Numbered from the stretch's first letter, positions 52,836 to 62,658 are shown. The stretch: 64,000 nucleotides of DNA from a virus (IMGVR_UViG_2811995040_000001:1-64000), one strand, 5' to 3'. Notes: generated by a model not told the origin, from the sequence alone. Numbers and translations: made by a program.

Positions 52836-54095
52836 TTACTCTTCTCCCAGGATGGCTTTAATCTCAAGCATCTGTTGTGCCGTCGGTTTATTTTTCCCGG
52901 AAAGTAAATTAGTACTATCAACCATATTCAACGGCGTCAGATACTTATCACCTCCCTGAATCGGAGGCAGGTTTTCCATCCGGCGAATATCGTTAACTGA
53001 TAACCAGCCCCACTGGCGCCCAAGTGCGTATGATTCATAACGTGATTTCTGATCTCCACGCAGCAATCCTGATACATTAAATTCGATATACAGCTCACCA
53101 CGTTCACTGGGGAGCAGCAGATCACGCATCAGCGCGCCTTCATGCCGTTTCAGCCAGGCAAGCAGCGTGTACATGACAAACTGCAATCCCTGATGCTCAA
53201 TATTGTTATTGGTCGCCTTCTCCAGCATTTGCACCATATGTGGCGGGATCTTATATAACCGACAGACCTCCTCAACACCCCACTGCCTGGACTGCAACAG
53301 CTGCGCTTTCTCATTATCCTGAGATAGCTGTTTGTAGCTCATCCCTTCCTGAAGTAATGCAACAGAGAATGCGTTTCTTACGCCGGAATATCTGTCCGTC
53401 CACTTTGCCAGCAGGCGGTCGATAGCATCCTGATTTTTGATTGTTGGGGCATCTTTTGGACGCTCAATAACGCCGCTCATCGTTGTGCCCCGGCGAAAGA
53501 CCTGAGAAGCATGCTCTTCCACGGCCAGGTTTAGCCCAAGAACATCCGCGTTCGTCTGTATTGGGGAACTGCCGATATAGCCATCCAGCGAGAAGACCTT
53601 CACATGATGCATCATGCGCATTGGCAATGTTTCGCCAATTTCGGGTAGTTCATAATATGGCATCCCGTCCGGTCCTTTCAGAACTATGATTTTTTTGGGA
53701 TTAACCGGGATTAATTCGCGGGGATACCCTTTTCCATCCCTGTCGATGATCGAGTAGCAATTTCCCTCCAGCCCGAGCAGGCCCTGTTGCTGTTCAAAGT
53801 ATTCAAATGAAGTGTCTTTTTTATTGGGCTGGGAATGAATCAGATCATAAACAGGATGGTCAGTGGCCCGTTCCCGGCCTCCGTTATCGCGTCGCCGGTA
53901 CAGTTCACACGGTAGTTGTGCGATTGATTCAGCAAGAAGCGTAACACACGCCCGGACAGCCGATAATGCTATCGCTGTTTCGGGAGTTATAATTATTCCC
54001 GCCTTACTCTGGTTTGAACTGACCCCTCCCAGCATCGCTTCCCAAAAACCGCCACCAGATCGTGATTTACCCCGGAACATCTGGGGAATGAACAT
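52836..54095 (-). CDS. Portal protein (HK97 family)
   Basis: AVRACV...IAQLP, EGNCY, NDIRRMENLPP. Confidence 0.93.
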   Translation of the reverse strand: MFIPQMFRGKSRSGGGFWEAMLGGVSSNQSKAGIIITPETAIALSAVRACVTLLAESIAQLPCELYRRRDNGGRERATDHPVYDLIHSQPNKKDTSFEYFEQQQGLLGLEGNCYSIIDRDGKGYPRELIPVNPKKIIVLKGPDGMPYYELPEIGETLPMRMMHHVKVFSLDGYIGSSPIQTNADVLGLNLAVEEHASQVFRRGTTMSGVIERPKDAPTIKNQDAIDRLLAKWTDRYSGVRNAFSVALLQEGMSYKQLSQDNEKAQLLQSRQWGVEEVCRLYKIPPHMVQMLEKATNNNIEHQGLQFVMYTLLAWLKRHEGALMRDLLLPSERGELYIEFNVSGLLRGDQKSRYESYALGRQWGWLSVNDIRRMENLPPIQGGDKYLTPLNMVDSTNLLSGKNKPTAQQMLEIKAILGEE

Positions 54096-54274
54096 TATTC
54101 ACCCCCTGATTTTTGTATGCCGTCTGACGCTATAAGAGCAATGCAGAATGACCATATCAGACAAATTATTCCCCCCACGATCAAACCGGCTGCTGGTGAG
54201 ACCAGCCATGCACCGGCAGACATCAGACAGGCTCCGGCGAGGCCGATAAAAAAGCTTAAAATCGTTATTAACAT
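54095..54274 (-). CDS. Small membrane protein between terminase and portal
   Basis: MLITILSFFIGLAGACLMSAGAWLVSP..., 59 aa, overlaps both neighbours. Confidence 0.65.
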   Translation of the reverse strand: MLITILSFFIGLAGACLMSAGAWLVSPAAGLIVGGIICLIWSFCIALIASDGIQKSGGE

Positions 54275-55992
54275 GCCACATCTTCCTCGTCATAAACGGA
54301 TGAGTTAATCTCCCGGCCATTGAGCATCGCGCGGCCGATCCCCATCATCAGGCCAACCGCACCATCGATTTTGTTGCCGGCCCCCTCTTTTACCGGACGT
54401 ACAACATCATCACTACCCGGTAAATACTTGCCGACAACGTTAGAGATGCACCAGGTCATCAGCGGATTACCGTCATGATGGAAGCGGCCAGCAGCGATCG
54501 CAGCCTCAATCTCTCGCATCGGGTCGCTCATGTTGGTGTAGTTCTGGGTGATGGTGACGGGCTCCAGCCCTTCATCCTGCAACATATGGGAAAGGCCGGT
54601 GGCGCCATAGGGATCAATCGGGCTGGCCGCTATTTTCACCGTCTCCCGTAAATTCAGGATCGCTTCGTAAATAAGGCGATAATCCACCTCTGCACCGTCA
54701 GACGGAACCAGCACGCCCTGATTAACAAAGGACTGATAGCGATCGGCGGTAGTTTTTAGCGCCGGATCTGTCGAATACACGGTATCTTCTGGCACCCAGA
54801 ACAGAGGCGAAACGCAGTAGTAATGGCTTAATCCGTCGATTTCCCGGCGGAAAACGGGTACAACCGCGTTAAGGTCAAGCTTTGAAGCCAGGTCGATACC
54901 GAGATAACACTCTTCCCCCGCAAAATCGGACAGTCTGAGTGTCTTGTCTGCCGTGGTCATCCACTTCTGCAGGTTGTAGTAAGCCGCTTTTGAACTCACC
55001 CATTTATTGAAATGCTTGGTGAGTATTTTGTTGGTCTGGCTGGGCGTGGATATCGCCAGCTGCTGCTTGGCCTTAAGGAATCCCTCTTTCACCGAAATGT
55101 TGTAATTCGGGTTGGCTTTGATCAGCGCTTCCGGCTGCGTCCAGTCATCGTCATCATCCAGGGTGTAGATGATCCCGAAAATTGCCTCGTTTTCACCACC
55201 TTCCCGGATACGCTCCAGTATCTCGACCACCTGAGCACGTTTTTCATAACAAGGCGAGGCAATATCAAAGCCTGCCGTCGTGATGATGAGCGTGATGGGT
55301 TGTTCCCTCGCCCCCATACCGGTGGTCATAGTGGTATAGAGCGCGTCAGTATCGTGCTCATGATATTCGTCGATGATGGCGCAGGAGGGTGAATCACCAT
55401 CGCCGGGATCGCCGATAACGGGTGCGAACAGGGAACCATCCGGGCGCGTCATTTTCTTCGCCCAGGGTTTAATGCTGAACTTCTGGCGCAGAGCCGGAAG
55501 TTTTTTCACCATTGCCAGAGCAGGGGCAAAGACTTTCCATGCCTGTTTTTCCGTCGTGGCGCCACAGTAAACTTCCGCAGCGTACTCACCATCGGCGCAG
55601 AACATATAATTACCAACGGCCGCCGCGATCGCCGATTTGCCGTTTTTACGTGGCACCTCGATGTAAATCTCAGTGAAGCGACGAAAACCATTATCCTTCC
55701 GCACCCAGCCAAACGGCACGCCCAGCGCAAATTTCTGCCAGGGTTCAAAATCAATACGCAGTTTCCGGCGAGCCCACTCACCGGATGTATGCGGCATTTT
55801 CTGGGAAAAACGAAGGAAACGTTCTGCTTTATTTTTATCGAAGCGGTAAGGCCAGTGTGGATCTCTGGCGCGTTCCAGGTCGTCCAGATGTCGCTGACAG
55901 GCAAGAATGGTTAACCGGCAGGCCAGTATCTTCCCGTTCACGACGTCCCGCGCATACTGGTTCGCCGCATTGACGTTCGGATATGTAGCCAT
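54268..55992 (-). CDS. Terminase large subunit
   Basis: PRKNGKS, IIDEYH, GIDLA, KIDGAV motifs. Confidence 0.95.
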   Translation of the reverse strand: MATYPNVNAANQYARDVVNGKILACRLTILACQRHLDDLERARDPHWPYRFDKNKAERFLRFSQKMPHTSGEWARRKLRIDFEPWQKFALGVPFGWVRKDNGFRRFTEIYIEVPRKNGKSAIAAAVGNYMFCADGEYAAEVYCGATTEKQAWKVFAPALAMVKKLPALRQKFSIKPWAKKMTRPDGSLFAPVIGDPGDGDSPSCAIIDEYHEHDTDALYTTMTTGMGAREQPITLIITTAGFDIASPCYEKRAQVVEILERIREGGENEAIFGIIYTLDDDDDWTQPEALIKANPNYNISVKEGFLKAKQQLAISTPSQTNKILTKHFNKWVSSKAAYYNLQKWMTTADKTLRLSDFAGEECYLGIDLASKLDLNAVVPVFRREIDGLSHYYCVSPLFWVPEDTVYSTDPALKTTADRYQSFVNQGVLVPSDGAEVDYRLIYEAILNLRETVKIAASPIDPYGATGLSHMLQDEGLEPVTITQNYTNMSDPMREIEAAIAAGRFHHDGNPLMTWCISNVVGKYLPGSDDVVRPVKEGAGNKIDGAVGLMMGIGRAMLNGREINSSVYDEEDVAC

Positions 55993-56429
55993 CAGTCAAA
56001 CTCATCAAATTCATTCCCTTCATCGTCCGGATCATTTTTACCGCTGGTCATTCTTATGCGGCTGAGCGGGTCTAACCCGAGAAGTGAACCCAGACGGGCC
56101 AGCTGCGAAACGGAGTCATTACGGACATTGACTGCAGGATGTTTTTTCTCCCCCCCCATTTCACTTGATACGGTCAGACCATCCTTCGCGATGACTTTTT
56201 CGGCCTCAACCATCAGATGAAACGCATTGCAGTACGCCAGGAGTAACGGCGCGTCTTCAAGATCAAAAACACCGCGTTCGATTAAAATTTTGCTTTGAGT
56301 TTTCCAGATACGGATCGCTATATCGCTCATTAACTCATCTGGCGGTGCAATCCTGGTCAGCTTGCTTTTCTGACCCTGAGGCAAATTGCGCTTACGGCCA
56401 CCACCGGAAGATCGCACAGCAATACCCAT
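55992..56429 (-). CDS. Terminase small subunit (P27 family)
   Basis: YCNA...KKHPA...LGLDPLSR. Confidence 0.9.
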   Translation of the reverse strand: MGIAVRSSGGGRKRNLPQGQKSKLTRIAPPDELMSDIAIRIWKTQSKILIERGVFDLEDAPLLLAYCNAFHLMVEAEKVIAKDGLTVSSEMGGEKKHPAVNVRNDSVSQLARLGSLLGLDPLSRIRMTSGKNDPDDEGNEFDEFD

Positions 56430-56570
56430 CAAAACCTCCAATTCAATAGGCTGAGCCTTCCGGAAAAAAGTTTCTTAATTTGGGCGCGTAAAAATTTGAC
56501 GGGAGCGGCAGTCCTGAAGCGCGAAAGGGGGCAGGGATTTTACCCCCCTACCCCCTGGCCTGTGTAGGCA

Positions 56571-56771
56571 TCAATCAAGGTGGAAGCCATCATTCAGGCT
56601 GCGCCGACGACCGCTGCTCACATTGTGTAGACAGGCATTAGAGTTATGCCCTGACTGCTCACAATAGCCGCAGCGCAGGTTGGCGCGGCGCGATGAACCA
56701 CCTTATGTTTTTGGGCAGTTAGCGACTGAATGCAGTTTTGAACCACAATATGTGCAGTGGATATACACCAT
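56571..56771 (-). pseudogene. Double CCHC zinc-knuckle protein with internal stop
   Basis: CTYCGSKLHSVANC, TAA at 56703-05, then CGYCEQSGHNSNAC in the same frame. Confidence 0.65.
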
Positions 56772-57121
56772 CAGTTCAGTCTCTCTCTGGCTGTCTTGGC
56801 CCGATGGCATTCCCAGCATAACGATTCCAGATTCGAATCATCATCAGTGCCGCCATGAGCTTTTGGAATGATGTGATCAACGCTGGTCGCTTTCTTAGCT
56901 ATCTTCTGCCGTCGATGGTTCTGACACAGGTATTGATCACGCTTCAGGATACGCGCACGGATAATGTCCCACTTCGAACCGTAGCCGCGCTGATGTCGGG
57001 ACTGGCCTGGCTTGTATTGCTTCCAGCTTTCACTTTTATGGCTTTCACAATATCCGGATGGATCTGTTGTTGTACTGTGACAGCCGCGCTTACGACAGGC
57101 TCGAGGAATTAGTGCTGGCAT
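56771..57121 (-). CDS. HNH endonuclease (terminase-associated)
   Basis: RGYG..W, VDHIIP...GG...NLESLC..CH. Confidence 0.92.
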   Translation of the reverse strand: MPALIPRACRKRGCHSTTTDPSGYCESHKSESWKQYKPGQSRHQRGYGSKWDIIRARILKRDQYLCQNHRRQKIAKKATSVDHIIPKAHGGTDDDSNLESLCWECHRAKTARERLN

Positions 57122-57223
57122 GGTTCATCCTTACAAAAATCCATGGTGGTGCTCGTGTTCTGCACATAAAAAAGCCTCGCATATGCGAGGCTATGTAAAT
57201 AAGTGGTAGTGATAATCTAGCAG

Positions 57224-57529
57224 TTATGTACGGAAAGGTTCTTTAAGAACTACAGGTTTCTCTCCTGCATCCTGGCACCAGTTGTTAAACTCTGTAACAG
57301 CTGACATAAGATCACTATCAGCAATGGCAATTCTCTCCGATAATGTATTAATCAGATTTATATCAAAGATAACTATCACTGGTGGAGTAGCATTCGAGTT
57401 ACCTTTGCTTAATCTAGATACTTCAGCGCGTAACTCTTGGATGTACTTGTTGCGGTCTATATCAAGTCGTCTGATACTTTCGCCAAGTACTTTGCAACGC
57501 CCAATTGCCTCATAATTTAATTCAGCCAT
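57224..57529 (-). CDS. Hypothetical moron protein
   Basis: AT-rich ORF with RBS and terminator. Confidence 0.6.
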   Translation of the reverse strand: MAELNYEAIGRCKVLGESIRRLDIDRNKYIQELRAEVSRLSKGNSNATPPVIVIFDINLINTLSERIAIADSDLMSAVTEFNNWCQDAGEKPVVLKEPFRT

Positions 57530-57617
57530 TTACACCTCGTGTTGCCATAATTCAGAAATTAAGTGTTAAATTATGACGGATAGTTAATGTAAATATCACC
57601 ATGGAATTTAACTAAAT

Positions 57618-58028
57618 TTAAACACTCAAACCAAATTTCTTTTTTGCATATCCTTTCAATAATTCAACACCAACATCTTTTATTACTGAAATAGGTTCAT
57701 TACTAAGATTCTTCAAGCGCTCAAAAACATCGTCCTTATCTAGAGACAATGCAAATTCCATACCATCAGTCGTTAATCTAAGCTTTGAATTTGTATAATC
57801 AAAGTCTCCACTCCTGGTGACAAACAAACCGATGGACTCAGGGGTTCCAGTTTCATTTTTCAAATTACTTATATAGCCCTGTTCTGCAAGCAGCAGTGCA
57901 TGAAATGCCCCCTCTCCGGTAGTAATGTCATAACCCGATTCAATTAATTCAGATATGGTTAAAAAGTGCTGATTGGATTCTAAAAAAAGTCCAGTTAGGC
58001 CCTTAAGGTAATCAATATTTATTCTCAT
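57618..58028 (-). CDS. Hypothetical AT-rich moron protein (DUF2513-like)
   Basis: IDYLK.L...RLT.DG.EFA..L motif. Confidence 0.6.
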   Translation of the reverse strand: MRINIDYLKGLTGLFLESNQHFLTISELIESGYDITTGEGAFHALLLAEQGYISNLKNETGTPESIGLFVTRSGDFDYTNSKLRLTTDGMEFALSLDKDDVFERLKNLSNEPISVIKDVGVELLKGYAKKKFGLSV

Positions 58029-58102
58029 AATGAAATTCTCGTAGTAATGAATTCTTCATTATATCAATTAACACCCTACCAAAATAGTAATGTTAACAAA
58101 AA

Positions 58103-58390
58103 TCAATATGACTTTCCCCGACTCAACATATTTTTTTCTTCTCTTAAAGAGCCATGTATCCATTCGCACGTTATCCTGGCGGTGTAACGTTCGTCAGCGA
58201 TTGCAGCATATCGTTTAGCTTCTGCTGCAATATCTCCGAGCATGTCGGCAAGCATTCCGGCGGTGGCGTCGGCTGTTTTGCTTCTGACGGCAGCGGCAAG
58301 ATTTGCGGTGTGCTTTGCGGCGTCCAGGCGGGTGGCAAGTTTTTCTGCTTCGGCACGCAGCTGGCTAACAGTGACAGACAGGCCAGCAGT
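58103..58390 (-). pseudogene. Remnant of a second Rz/Rz1 spanin pair
   Basis: GMLADMLG...ADERY...TCE resembles the C-terminus of 59208-59750; 5' part missing. Confidence 0.65.
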
Positions 58391-58427
58391 ACTGTCGTAA
58401 TGCACAAACTGGATTAACCGGCTGTAA

Positions 58428-58958
58428 TCACACCATGCCGGGTAAATACATTTGCACTTCATTCACTACTCGCTCACGAGCAACGTGAAGCAATCTTTTC
58501 CGCCCACCAACGCCCCACTTAGCCATTTGACTTGCGCACTGGCTTATCGCTTTGGTTTCCGTGTTGATGATGTGGTCAATTTTGTTCAGGCGAGACATAG
58601 CACCAACGCCGAGACGGACAACCGTTTTGAAAACTTCATAAACTTCGATTTCAAATTCCGGCTTAATCCATGCTGCATATCTGATTGCCAGTAGTTCAAC
58701 ACCCCACACACCAGAATCAACCCCACCCTTTATTACTTTAAGTGGTTGAATCTCTTTCAAAGCTCTTTTTTGAGCTTTGGCTTTTAGTGCTGAAATGAAC
58801 CGTTTAATCTGTGCACTCCTCAGAAAATTACTGGGACGTTGAGATTCAGTTGCCTCGCCATTTGCAACTGCTGCTGCATGGAGATCGTTTAAGTTGTAGC
58901 GTCCCCCCTCATCAACACGAACGGACACACCATTGACAATAACTGTTTGATAATTCAT
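58428..58958 (-). CDS. KilA-N domain protein
   Basis: [24 protein letters not shown]. Confidence 0.88.
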   Translation of the reverse strand: MNYQTVIVNGVSVRVDEGGRYNLNDLHAAAVANGEATESQRPSNFLRSAQIKRFISALKAKAQKRALKEIQPLKVIKGGVDSGVWGVELLAIRYAAWIKPEFEIEVYEVFKTVVRLGVGAMSRLNKIDHIINTETKAISQCASQMAKWGVGGRKRLLHVARERVVNEVQMYLPGMV

Positions 58959-59166
58959 CAGTGATTACCTTTTAGTGATGAACCTTGTCACACAGGATTC
59001 CGGCCCACAGAAAGGCACCGATTACCAAACCGGCATCCTCAAGGGTCATCCTGAAAGGTTCTGTGTTCAGAAGTCGCGCGTGTGAAGCGCGTTTACTGCA
59101 GACGTAAAAATGCCCCGCTAGTGCGAGGCATTTTCCTGAAAGTCACTTGTCAAAATCTCTATTCAT

Positions 59167-59201
59167 CAGAATGCCTCCGGGAAACCTCGGCCAGCAGTCA
59201 C
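59167..59201 (+). mobile_element. Degenerate miniature IS605 element
   Basis: TCAT|cagaatgcctcc...gcagTCAC. Confidence 0.55.
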
Positions 59202-59207
59202 CAGGTT

Positions 59208-59750
59208 TCACTTCTGCCCGGTCACTTTGTCCCAGGTACGTTCGCATGTGCTTCCGGCGACATAACGCTCATCAGCCTCTTTTGCGAACTTTCCCGCCAG
59301 ATCGTCAGCTTCTCCAAGCAACTGGGCGAGCAGTATTCCGGTCTCGGCTTTTGCCTGGCTTGCTGCGGCAAGAACGGAAAGCCTGCCGGTTTCACTTCCT
59401 GCAAGTTGCCGTTGTACTGCTGCGAGCTGCTGTTGCAGCCCACCGCGAGCACGCTCAGCAGCATCAGCGTTGGCCTGTATTTTTGCCAGTTCTTCATCGG
59501 CTCTTTTCCGTTCTTCATCTGCGGCGTGCTGGCGACGCTGTTCTTTCGCTCGTTCGGTTACTTCACGCTGCAATGCAGCGGTCGCATCGGTAAGGTCTCG
59601 TTGCGCCCACTGGTATTTCCAGGATGTATCCGCCTTCTGATAACCTCGTGAATAACACCAGTACGCACCAGCACATAACAAAAAAGCCACCAGCAGTATT
59701 TCTGCTAATGGCTTCCAGAATTTTTTAAGCAATACAGGTAACAGATTCAT
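59208..59750 (-). CDS. Rz-like inner-membrane spanin (DUF2514-like)
   Basis: N-terminal TM plus coiled coil, after the endolysin. Confidence 0.82.
   Translation of the reverse strand: MNLLPVLLKKFWKPLAEILLVAFLLCAGAYWCYSRGYQKADTSWKYQWAQRDLTDATAALQREVTERAKEQRRQHAADEERKRADEELAKIQANADAAERARGGLQQQLAAVQRQLAGSETGRLSVLAAASQAKAETGILLAQLLGEADDLAGKFAKEADERYVAGSTCERTWDKVTGQK
59222..59518 (-). CDS. Embedded Rz1-like lipoprotein spanin
   Basis: Lipobox LAVG-C, Pro-rich, alternate frame within Rz. Confidence 0.65.
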   Translation of the reverse strand: MKNGKEPMKNWQKYRPTLMLLSVLAVGCNSSSQQYNGNLQEVKPAGFPFLPQQARQKPRPEYCSPSCLEKLTIWRESSQKRLMSVMSPEAHANVPGTK

Positions 59751-60361
59751 ACCAGCACCGATTTTGCTTTTTCAAAGCGCTCTCGCCTGTCACCGATGCC
59801 GTTCTGCCCTCCGTTAATGATCTGCGTAACGCGTACCAGGTCGCCGGAGTATTTCAGACACCCTCTAGTCACAAAAAACCACGCTGCGGAACGGGCGGCA
59901 TGACGATCCAGCTCAAGCTGTCCCGGATTCGCCACCAGATCCAGTTTCAGGGCAACGCCACATCTGGTGTAATTCTCCAGCCCGGTAATCTGGATAAGCC
60001 CACGCCCGCGATACTTCCAGCCATCTCCGGTGTCTTTGTTCCCCATGCGACCACCGTAAACCAGATTGGCTATTTGTGGCTGGTGGGCAACCTGGCGACC
60101 ATCAATACGCCCCAGCATTTCGCACTGATAAGGCGTAAGGCGTTTACCAAACGTCTTTTTCAGCGCCTCCACCGAATAATTGAAGCTTTCCTTCAGAACA
60201 GTAAATCCTGCTGATTCATGTCCTGTTTGTGCAATAAACATGGCCTGATCCAGTGGCGCAGTAATACCGAATTCGCTCATTGCCGCCGTAATATGCGGAT
60301 ACCAGCGCGCAGAAAGCCCGGCGCTGATACCAGCCGCCTGCTGAAATTGTTGTTGATCCAT
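59747..60361 (-). CDS. GH19 endolysin
   Basis: FIAQTGHES, YRGRGLIQITG, INGG.NG. Confidence 0.93.
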   Translation of the reverse strand: MDQQQFQQAAGISAGLSARWYPHITAAMSEFGITAPLDQAMFIAQTGHESAGFTVLKESFNYSVEALKKTFGKRLTPYQCEMLGRIDGRQVAHQPQIANLVYGGRMGNKDTGDGWKYRGRGLIQITGLENYTRCGVALKLDLVANPGQLELDRHAARSAAWFFVTRGCLKYSGDLVRVTQIINGGQNGIGDRRERFEKAKSVLV

Positions 60362-60642
60362 CAGTGCCTCAGTGCATCGACCAAACGCGCCACATTACCG
60401 CGAGCCCACAGCACAGCGGCGCAGATAAGGATATTCACCATCACCACCAGCCAGTGGGATGATTCATATAAACCAAAAATAAACCGGAAAGGGACGCTGG
60501 CATATACCAGCACTATGACATAGGCCAGTAACGAAATCAGGGGGCGGTGTGTCGCATCACCGCGTCGGTAAAACATCAGAACGATGACTATTATCCCACA
60601 AATTACGGCATTCAGAACTGCAGAAGGGTCATTTGCTACCAT
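60361..60642 (-). CDS. Holin-family protein
   Basis: Three TM segments, ARGNVARL tail. Confidence 0.8.
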   Translation of the reverse strand: MVANDPSAVLNAVICGIIVIVLMFYRRGDATHRPLISLLAYVIVLVYASVPFRFIFGLYESSHWLVVMVNILICAAVLWARGNVARLVDALRH

Positions 60643-61018
60643 TTGATCCCCCTCCCCTGATACGAGAAAGAATACTGAACAGGCTGTTCAGATCCTGACT
60701 GTTAAGAAAAGTGAGAAACTTTATACACATTGCAGAAATAATCACTGCGCCAAGAGCATCCAGTGGTTTTTCATAATGCGTTATTGCCGCAAGCTTAGCA
60801 CCTATCAGCCCGGCGCCAAGTACTCCCACAATAAATGATGTAATAAAATAAGCGACCAGCCTGATGCGTCCAATGTTGGTTGCCGTGGCGACATAAAATA
60901 CCGCGCCGGCAAAAGCGCCGAATACCACACCATAATCGGTTCCGGTTGCCAGGCCGAATACACTGGCCCCCATTACTCCACCAGCCAACACTGTCGCACT
61001 GGATACAGGTTCGGACAT
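60629..61018 (-). CDS. Putative holin
   Basis: GVVFGAFAGAVFYV, multiple TM segments. Confidence 0.8.
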   Translation of the reverse strand: MSEPVSSATVLAGGVMGASVFGLATGTDYGVVFGAFAGAVFYVATATNIGRIRLVAYFITSFIVGVLGAGLIGAKLAAITHYEKPLDALGAVIISAMCIKFLTFLNSQDLNSLFSILSRIRGGGSNGSK

Positions 61019-61093
61019 TCATCCCCCTCTTAATTGCTGTGAGTCCTCTCAGAATTGAGGGGAAATAGGATCAGGCTTCACGGGCTGATTTAT

Positions 61094-61139
61094 CCGAGAG
61101 CGCCGTAAAACCCCGTCCTTCAGGGCGGGGAGCAGTCAC
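61094..61139 (+). mobile_element. Miniature IS605/IS609-like element supplying the artA stop codon
   Basis: TTAT|ccgagagcgccgtaaaaccccgtcc-ttca-gggcggggagcagTCAC. Confidence 0.8.
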
Positions 61140-61882
61140 TTCAATAATTCCGTTAAAACTCCCCGCGCGTCGTAAAACTCCATTTCATAGTAATTATAAT
61201 TACTACGTGCCTCATCCCTGCGCACTCCTCTCATTGAAAAACAAGCACTGATTAAAGTACCAAATGCACTAATCCTTTCCCGGGTACTGACCTGTGGTAC
61301 TGGTAAGTTGGGTATTACCCCAGGATTTGATTGTGTACTCACTCGTAAATAACGGGAATTTGATGTTCCAGGCCCGTCTCTTACCTGACTTGTATTTCTG
61401 TCGTAAACAAGCTCAACTGCTTCCTGGATATTTTCAATTGGGATAGAATTTACGGCTACATACTCACTTTGCAACCGCATCATCACTCGCTCAAAATGAT
61501 TAAACTGGACACCACGTGACTCAATATAAGCGACAGACGGCGGAAGACTGTAGAAACTATTGTCTGCACGGATTCTGTATCTGTACAATCTGCCACTAAA
61601 TGTTGCCCTAGAATAATATACTCGGGCTATATTATAAGTCTCATTAATATCTGAGGTAGTCGCAATATAGTTACTGTCCCGACTACCGGCGGCACAGGAG
61701 TCACCTCTGATATGTTGCTGAAGATTTCTGTTATTACCGTGAGAACTAAATCCATCCCGAAAAATAACATCCGGAGGTCTCGAGTCCACACGATAAACAA
61801 AATCGACAGCAGATGAAAAAGGGCTATACGCAAACATAAGGTATACCCCCAGCCTTAAGAAACGAGAATAACCTGTCATCAT
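61136..61882 (-). CDS. artA: Pertussis-like ADP-ribosyltransferase toxin A subunit (ArtA)
   Basis: Signal peptide, VYRVDSRPP, IATTSD, catalytic QSE, two Cys, FYDAR end. Confidence 0.9.
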   Translation of the reverse strand: MMTGYSRFLRLGVYLMFAYSPFSSAVDFVYRVDSRPPDVIFRDGFSSHGNNRNLQQHIRGDSCAAGSRDSNYIATTSDINETYNIARVYYSRATFSGRLYRYRIRADNSFYSLPPSVAYIESRGVQFNHFERVMMRLQSEYVAVNSIPIENIQEAVELVYDRNTSQVRDGPGTSNSRYLRVSTQSNPGVIPNLPVPQVSTRERISAFGTLISACFSMRGVRRDEARSNYNYYEMEFYDARGVLTELLK

Positions 61883-61907
61883 ATTTCCTTATGGTATATT
61901 ATAAAAA

Positions 61908-62333
61908 TTATTTAATTATCTCTCCAAAACACCACTGATTACAGGTCCCGATAGCCACGATTTCATTTTGTGACACGCTTGAATCAAAGTGCGAAAATGC
62001 ATTTATTCTTATATAAACAGATATTTTCTCACCTGTTGTATAAAAATATTTTACAGTATCAAAAATTTCCATGAAAGGTGATGTCTGTCCTGCATTCTTC
62101 TGATAATAGCCATTATCAGCCACCGCGCACCCAGTAACATTTGAACCACCTGATGATGCAGTGAAATATGCACAAATCCTTGGTGAGTGTAAATAAGGAG
62201 CATAAAAAACATTCGTAATTTTAACATTCTCATATTTCGTAGTGTCTTTCAGATACCAGTTATTAACCGTTGCATAGACATTACTCGCCCCGGCCAGCAT
62301 TACCAATGAAAAAGCAAAAAAAATCTTCTTCAT
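61908..62333 (-). CDS. AB5 toxin B subunit (PltB/SubB/ArtB superfamily, divergent)
   Basis: Signal peptide, KYFYTTGEKISVY, NEIVAIGTC..WCFG, four Cys. Confidence 0.85.
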   Translation of the reverse strand: MKKIFFAFSLVMLAGASNVYATVNNWYLKDTTKYENVKITNVFYAPYLHSPRICAYFTASSGGSNVTGCAVADNGYYQKNAGQTSPFMEIFDTVKYFYTTGEKISVYIRINAFSHFDSSVSQNEIVAIGTCNQWCFGEIIK

Positions 62334-62411
62334 AATATTCAACCTCGCATTTAAATTAAGCAAAAGAAATAAAACGAACATTGCTACATTCTTTTCAATA
62401 CGTGAGTACTT

Positions 62412-62449
62412 TTGACTGCTCCCCGCCCTGAATGACGGGGAGCAGTCAA
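62412..62449. mobile_element. Palindrome of two IS605 right ends
   Basis: TTGACTGCTCCCCG-N10-CGGGGAGCAGTCAA, perfect 14-bp inverted repeat. Confidence 0.7.
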
Positions 62450-62629
62450 AACCTCTCCTTCGATAGCTCGAATGGCTCAGTGTGAAGCAGGAAGGCCACC
62501 CGGTGGATTAATGACAAAACTCAGTGGAATTATTCCGGACGGCACAAACAGAAAAGCCCCGCACGATGGCGAGGCTTGAATTTTTTGGTCGACGATTGAA
62601 GCTATAGCAACAATATCAGATTTACACGA

Positions 62630-62658
62630 AATATAGCCGTTTTAATCCAGTTTTGCAA
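62630..62658 (-). promoter_or_regulatory. Probable late promoter pR'
   Basis: TTGCAA-17 bp-TATATT, followed by a terminator hairpin near 62553-62577. Confidence 0.65.

Noticed and set aside
61136-62333. Typhoid toxin islet
   Set aside because: No cdtB in the window, and the A subunit lacks the extra CdtB-linking Cys.
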